Source: Octopus bimaculoides
Lineage: Eukaryota
Reading direction: 5' to 3'
NCBI RefSeq assembly: GCF_001194135.2
Contig: NC_068991.1
Span: 16,210,438-16,274,437, forward strand
Length of the DNA: 64,000 nt
Position 1 is the first letter of the stretch. Every line of letters starts with the position of its first letter. Positions 63,701-64,000 of the stretch are shown piece after piece. The notes below the pieces were generated by a model that saw only the letters and a list, made by a program, of their open reading frames with translations, did no database searches and was not told the origin of the DNA. The position numbers and the translations under genes were made by a program.

Positions 63701-64000
63701 CTCCATCCAACTTATCTGTCCTTCCTCCTAATGTTTGCTCACACTACTCCTTTTTACTATAGTCATTAGCATTTCAGATTTGATGTCATCATTTCTATTT
63801 GTTTTGTTCTTTGTCTGTAGACTGATTTCTTTGTTAATACCACCATATTCCTTGACATTTAGCCATCCATTTCTTCTGTCTTATGAAAAGTTCAGCAGAG
63901 TTGATGACTTTGGACTATATACAAATTTGTGTGTGTGCATGTGTACAAGTGTCTGTATATGCATGTGTTGCTGTTGTACATTTGTATGTCTTTATATATG

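Overview
AT-rich, microsatellite- and SINE-dense animal genomic DNA with many N gaps. The repeat families resemble those of octopod cephalopods (my inference: an Octopus draft assembly). There is no prokaryotic content and no CRISPR array. Two spliced + strand genes can be assembled by hand with consistent GT-AG sites and phases. (1) A 6-exon, 212-aa predicted secreted protein (3958-15012): signal peptide, a short 4-Cys module, three 123-nt phase-1 EGF exons (the first Ca-binding type), and a 46-aa His/Tyr-rich tail. (2) An 818-aa TATDN2-like TatD nuclease (49415-60561) with a long low-complexity N-terminus in one 1.86-kb exon and all TatD metal-binding motifs intact. The rest is tRNA-derived SINEs, RTE and CR1/L2-like LINE remnants, a DD37D (maT) mariner remnant, hAT/piggyBac/mariner-type MITEs (several carrying nested insertions), a Helitron-like element, two long palindromes, tandem duplications and simple repeats. 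The most interesting leads are the His-rich EGF protein (possible metal-binding or cleavable peptide tail) and inverted repeat pairs that bracket TATDN2 exons (circRNA or A-to-I editing geometry). Both functional readings are hypotheses. All coordinates and translations were worked out by eye, and no database searches were run.
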